From assembly GCA_905178155.1 (NCBI GenBank), contig CAJINV010000005.1:7934515-7998514 (forward strand): DNA of 64,000 bases, given 5' to 3'. Source of the DNA: Amoebophrya sp. A120. Lineage: Eukaryota > Protista > Dinoflagellata. The notes under the pieces are model-generated. The model saw only the letters and a program-made list of their open reading frames with translations, had not been told where the DNA came from and ran no database searches. This document shows, piece by piece, positions 59,946-64,000 of the stretch. Numbering within the stretch: the first letter of the stretch is position 1; each line of letters begins with the position of its first letter. The translations under genes and the position numbers were made by a program.

Positions 59946-62900
59946 TCAGTCCGCCTGCTTTCCTCCATTTTTCGACACCGCCCGGCTGTGGTCCCGCTTA
60001 TTGTTGTTCCCCTCCATAATATCCTCGTCTTCTTTGTCAAGACCTACTTCTTTCCGCCCGCCTCCAGTAGAATCCTTCGATTTCTCATTTGATTTTTCCG
60101 ATTCATTCGTATCAACTGCAAAAATGTCTGGGTCTGGAAGAATCGAACTCGTAATGCTGTCTGCGGATTCTATAAAATATCTGTGTTGCCTGAGCAGCAT
60201 GAGGAGTCAGTCTTGGGCACGCGGAGAAGGCATTTCTCGTGCGTAATTAGCATCAATCAAGAAGCTCCACTCAAAAAACCTGTTGTGCTAGCACCAGCAT
60301 CACAGACCTCAGTGGTGATGCGAAATGTGCATGACAAGCCCCGACTCTTCCAGACCCAGACACATTTGCAATGGATAATTCGGGCTGGCGACCAAATCTC
60401 CAAGCGCATCGTCCTCGCCAAATTGCTCTGCCATCAGCCGGTTCAAACGCTCCTCTTCGTCATCCTCGTCGGCCTGGATTAGAATTGTGAAGCAAATTAT
60501 GCATGAGCATGTGCATGACAGAGTCCGAAGTAAAATTTAGAAATGTTTCTCATGCATAGCTCGCTACGCTAGTCTCATCTGTGATCCGCGAGAAAATGAA
60601 AATGGAAATGCAAATGCAGCTGGTGCAAACGCAAAGCAATAAACTCTATACCTCCATTTCCTTCATCTCCCGCAGTTCTTCAAATCCTTTCGCATCGTAT
60701 CCTTTGACTTTCCAGAGAAACTCCAAGAAATCCTTGCTCCAATCTTCCTTCACCTCGTCCTGTTCGTCGCCCTCCTCGACATACGGTAGTTGATAATTGC
60801 TCATCGCGTTGTTGACGAACCGGTCCTCAAAAGACTTCTTGTCCCGCTCCACCAAGGTTTCAAACATGTACTCCTGCGTGAACAACCTCTTCAGCTGCCA
60901 CATAAACACTGTATCGTACTTGTTCATGTACTCTTCTTCCAAACCGCTCTCTCCCGTCTCGTCCATTTTCAAAATTTCCGTGAACTGCTCAATCGACTTC
61001 AATTCGTGCGTCTTCCGCTTGTAATCCAGAAAATGCTTCGACCGCTTCTGCACCCGCTTGTTCTGCTTCTGCTTCTTCAATTTCCTCTTCCGCTTCTTCT
61101 CTTTCTTCAACTCCTGCAGCGATCTCCGGTGCTTTTCGCGGAAGGCAGTAACCGTCGTGACTTCGTCGATGATCATTTTCTATCAACTGCAAATATCCCT
61201 GGATGTCTGGGAAGTTGCGAGATTTGTCATCCTAGTCTGGCATGACTCTGAACTCTGTGTTGCGTCACCGCAAAGAGCTTCTTTCGCCTGTCATGCAAAA
61301 ACGCAGTTTCTCATGCGGCGTACGCAACGTAGAACCGTGGAAAAACTTGTCATGCTTGGCAGCGCATTACAGTGTGTTTTCACTATTCCCGTCCTTGCAT
61401 CACAAGATTCCAGACCCAGACATTTTTGCATTTGATATCTTCCCGGTGCCGTTCTGCGAGTCGTTGCTGAACCGCTTATTTGATGTCGTGTGGTCCTCAT
61501 TCCCCGAAGAAACGCCGGAGTGGCCGTTCATCAAGGTGCTACTTCCCCCTCCATGATGTCCATTCACCATGGGCTGCGGATCCGTCTCCCCTCCCTCATC
61601 CTCGCTGGAGCTCAGACTGTCCGAATCTTCACTATCACCGAAGCTGTACTCCCCGACAGAGCTGTCTAGGTCGCTCAAGCTGCTCTTATAACTCGCTCAG
61701 GTGGTACAATCACAGAGGCTGAATTAGACTTGTCTTCCATAGTGAGCATGACAGACTCGCAGAGCATTCGACTTTCTGCAATACAAATTTTGCCAGATCG
61801 TAGCGCGGTTTGGGACAACTCCGGTACTTGTCATGCGTAATTTTATGCCAGTTGGCTAGATAGTGCACTTCTTGCATCACAGATTTCCATATTCTAGTGT
61901 AACGTTTGAGATTGTATTAACACTTGGGCGGGTCATAGCTGTCCAAATCTTCATCTTCCGAGTTTTCGGAAGACCGGAGGGGATTGTTGTTTCTGATGAA
62001 ATCGTTGTTCATTTGTTCCTCGTCCATATTAACATGGTTCTCACCGTCGTCGTCGTCGTCATCCCCCGCCGAGCTGCTCATGGCCTCCAGCATATTGTTG
62101 TGGTGGTCCATTTGATCATTTTGAAGATTACTATGCGGGCCCAATAAGTTGTTTGTCCCTTTAATATTTTTCCGTTTCTCTGTGCTGCCCCCGATGTTGA
62201 AGCCGGCATCTATCCTGAGTAAAAACGTCCCCACACCAGAGGCAAGATGGGGATTTCGCAACACAAACCTAGAAGCTTTGGGAGTCACGCATGACAAGTT
62301 GCACTCCGTAGTGCAGTGCAGGATAGCAAGCGCAGCCGCATCACAGATTCATCTGCTTATCCTGTTCATAGCATCACAAATTCCACAACACGTTTGGAAA
62401 TGTTTACCATAGGTATGCGCATCACAAATGTCCTTGCCATTGCAAATCTGCATGACAACTCTGGGGTGGGGACGTTTTTCCTCAGGATAGCCTCGTCCAG
62501 CTCGTCATCCGAGTCCGATAATTCAGAAATTTCGTCGGTGTTATCGCAAGAAAAAATTGTTTCACTGTAAACCTGTGATGCATAAAAATGGAACACAGAA
62601 ATATTTGTCTTGCTACACATGCAAGAAAGTGGATTTTTAGCTGTGTTTTCCCTTCGGAAGCTTGCATGGCAAATTGGATCTGTCATGTAGAGCAAACCTG
62701 TGATGCAAAACCTGCAAAATCCTTACAGTGAAACGCTTTTTTCGTACGATAGGTGTCGACGTCGCTGTACTCTGAAAAGGTGTCCTGCTCTTTCTTGTCT
62801 GTCGCACCGCCTCCTGCTCCGGGGGAGAGATGACCGAGTGCAGCAGCAGCATTTGCAGCTCCTGAGGATCCTGGTCCACCTCCAGCTGCTACAAGTTGTG

Positions 62901-64000
62901 AAAATGCAACACCGGAGTCCTGAAACGTTTTCACCATCAGCCCGGTTGCCGTGTTTTGCACTAAGCCCGTAGTTGTATGATCCGCGGCTGCTGCGTTGGT
63001 CGCTTGCTATGCACTGCAAATATGTCAGGGTCTGGACGATTGCCAGGTTTGTCATGCATATTTTGCATGGCCCATGATACCTGTCACGCATGGCCTAGCA
63101 TCACAGATTTTTGGAGGGCTCCCTGTTGCCTATTCCGCATGAGAAATGCCCTCTTCACGTGAGACAAACGCGACCCCTGCTCTTGCTAGTCATGCACGAC
63201 AGATTTTTTTGGAATTCAAAGACAGCATCACAAGTTGTGACCTTCCAGACCCAGACTACGTATTTGCATTTGATACTTGCTCCGCTGGTTTGAATCCGTT
63301 TTCCACCAGCCACTTGTCGTGCGACTGTTTCCAGGAGTCGAGACTCTGGATGAGCTGCGGCTTGCTGGGATCGGCGTCCAACTCTTTGACTAACTCTTCC
63401 CCGACTTCATCCTGCCACTTGCTGTAGAAATCAAGCTTCTTCTTCTTCTTTTTCGTGGGTACTAAGGAAGCTGTAATTTTTTGCCCAGCAGCAGCTTTGG
63501 AGGTCGTGGCAGCTTTATCTGCTGCTGTTCCGTCGGCCGTGGTCGTGACAGAAGATTTATTTATTTTCCCCGCCACCACCGAAAGCGCGACCTCTTCTTC
63601 CGCTTCCAGTTTCGGAAACAATTTTTTGTCACACACCGCGCCCATTACCGGGTCGCAGGTGCTGCCCCGCTTCCAACTGGTCAAAAATAACTCCGTGTTG
63701 AAATCTTTCAGCACCAGTACTCGCGCGAAGTTGGGGTCCACCGTGGACATAATGGCAACGCACTTTCGCTTCAGCTCCACGATTCCCTGTGAGACCTTTG
63801 TATCAAATGCAAAAGCATCGTACTCGTAGTAATCGCAGTCATGCACCATTACAAATTTTTTTCTTAACAAGGTCAATCCCCATGACAAATTTCATTTCTC
63901 ATGCTGAGGAAATTTGTCATGCATTTATACGAACACGATACTTTTGCAGTTCATACTTTGCCTGCTTGGACGATTTCTGGCCCATATTCGTGGGAAAATT
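59946..64000 (-). CDS. Multi-exon hypothetical protein with acidic and basic low-complexity tracts (5' end off window)
   Basis: ORF pieces 63256-63888, 62683-62961, 61917-62297, 61400-61678, 60646-61176 and 59946-60200 separated by seven elements and one GT-AG intron (~60474-60651). No recognisable domain. Confidence 0.7.
60110..60377. mobile_element. Introner family A
   Basis: TIR; flanks ATTCG/ATTCG. Confidence 0.93.
61181..61437. mobile_element. Introner family A
   Basis: TIR; flanks TTTTC/TCTTC. Confidence 0.88.
61687..61937. mobile_element. Introner family G
   Basis: TIR TATAACTCGCTCAGGTG/CACTTGGGCGGGTCATA; flanks GCTCT/GCTGT. Confidence 0.87.
62211..62489. mobile_element. Introner family B
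   Basis: TIR; flanks GCATC/GCCTC. Confidence 0.93.
62542..62751. mobile_element. Introner family C (variant)
   Basis: TIR; flanks GGTGT/GGTGT; opposite orientation to the 26541 copy. Confidence 0.9.
63008..63275. mobile_element. Introner family A
   Basis: TIR; flanks CTTGC/CTTGC. Confidence 0.92.
63801..63955. mobile_element. Introner family D
   Basis: TIR; flanks CTTTG/CTTTG. Confidence 0.9.

Noticed and set aside
1-64000. Many short ORFs with recurring peptides (MSGSGR, FQTQT, VWVW, KNVPTPE, LPDPDIF)
   Set aside because: These are translations of introner TIRs in different frames, not a protein family.
1-64000. CRISPR-like or repeat-spacer array reading of the recurring TGTCTGGGTCTGGAA
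   Set aside because: The repeats come as inverted pairs with TSDs inside eukaryotic genes, spacing is irregular, and there are no cas genes.
1-64000. Autonomous transposase for the introners
   Set aside because: No ORF with DDE, reverse transcriptase or recombinase motifs was recognised. The 38082-39819 gene has a signal-like N-terminus and is not bounded by TIRs.

Overview
Eukaryotic genomic DNA, most likely from the parasitic dinoflagellate Amoebophrya (Syndiniales, strain A120-like). This assignment is an inference from intron architecture, not from a database search. The window holds nine intron-rich protein genes, all on the minus strand: a GT-A glycosyltransferase-like gene (3' end off-window), a longin R-SNARE (VAMP7-like), three unknown genes with signal-peptide-like N-termini, snRNP SmF, a single-domain voltage-gated cation channel (filter TLDSWDE), a very large PHD plus PWWP-like protein, and an unknown gene (5' end off-window). 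The dominant feature is about 85 MITE-like introner elements of 145-400 bp in at least 10 terminal-inverted-repeat families. Nearly all start TAT, end ATA and are flanked by a 5-bp target-site duplication. At nearly every junction checked by hand, removing the element plus 5 nt restores the reading frame, without GT-AG ends and in either element orientation. Such elements are described for Amoebophrya (recalled from Farhat et al. 2021). Less expected observations: an internal TGTnATGC motif shared by unrelated families and by canonical introns, introner remnants inside GT-AG introns of SmF, nested and overlapping insertions, TSD mismatches that locate the splice point, and a filled/empty paralogous site. 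No transposase, RNA gene or CRISPR array was recognised. All coordinates were counted by hand, and the family letters A-K are my own labels.
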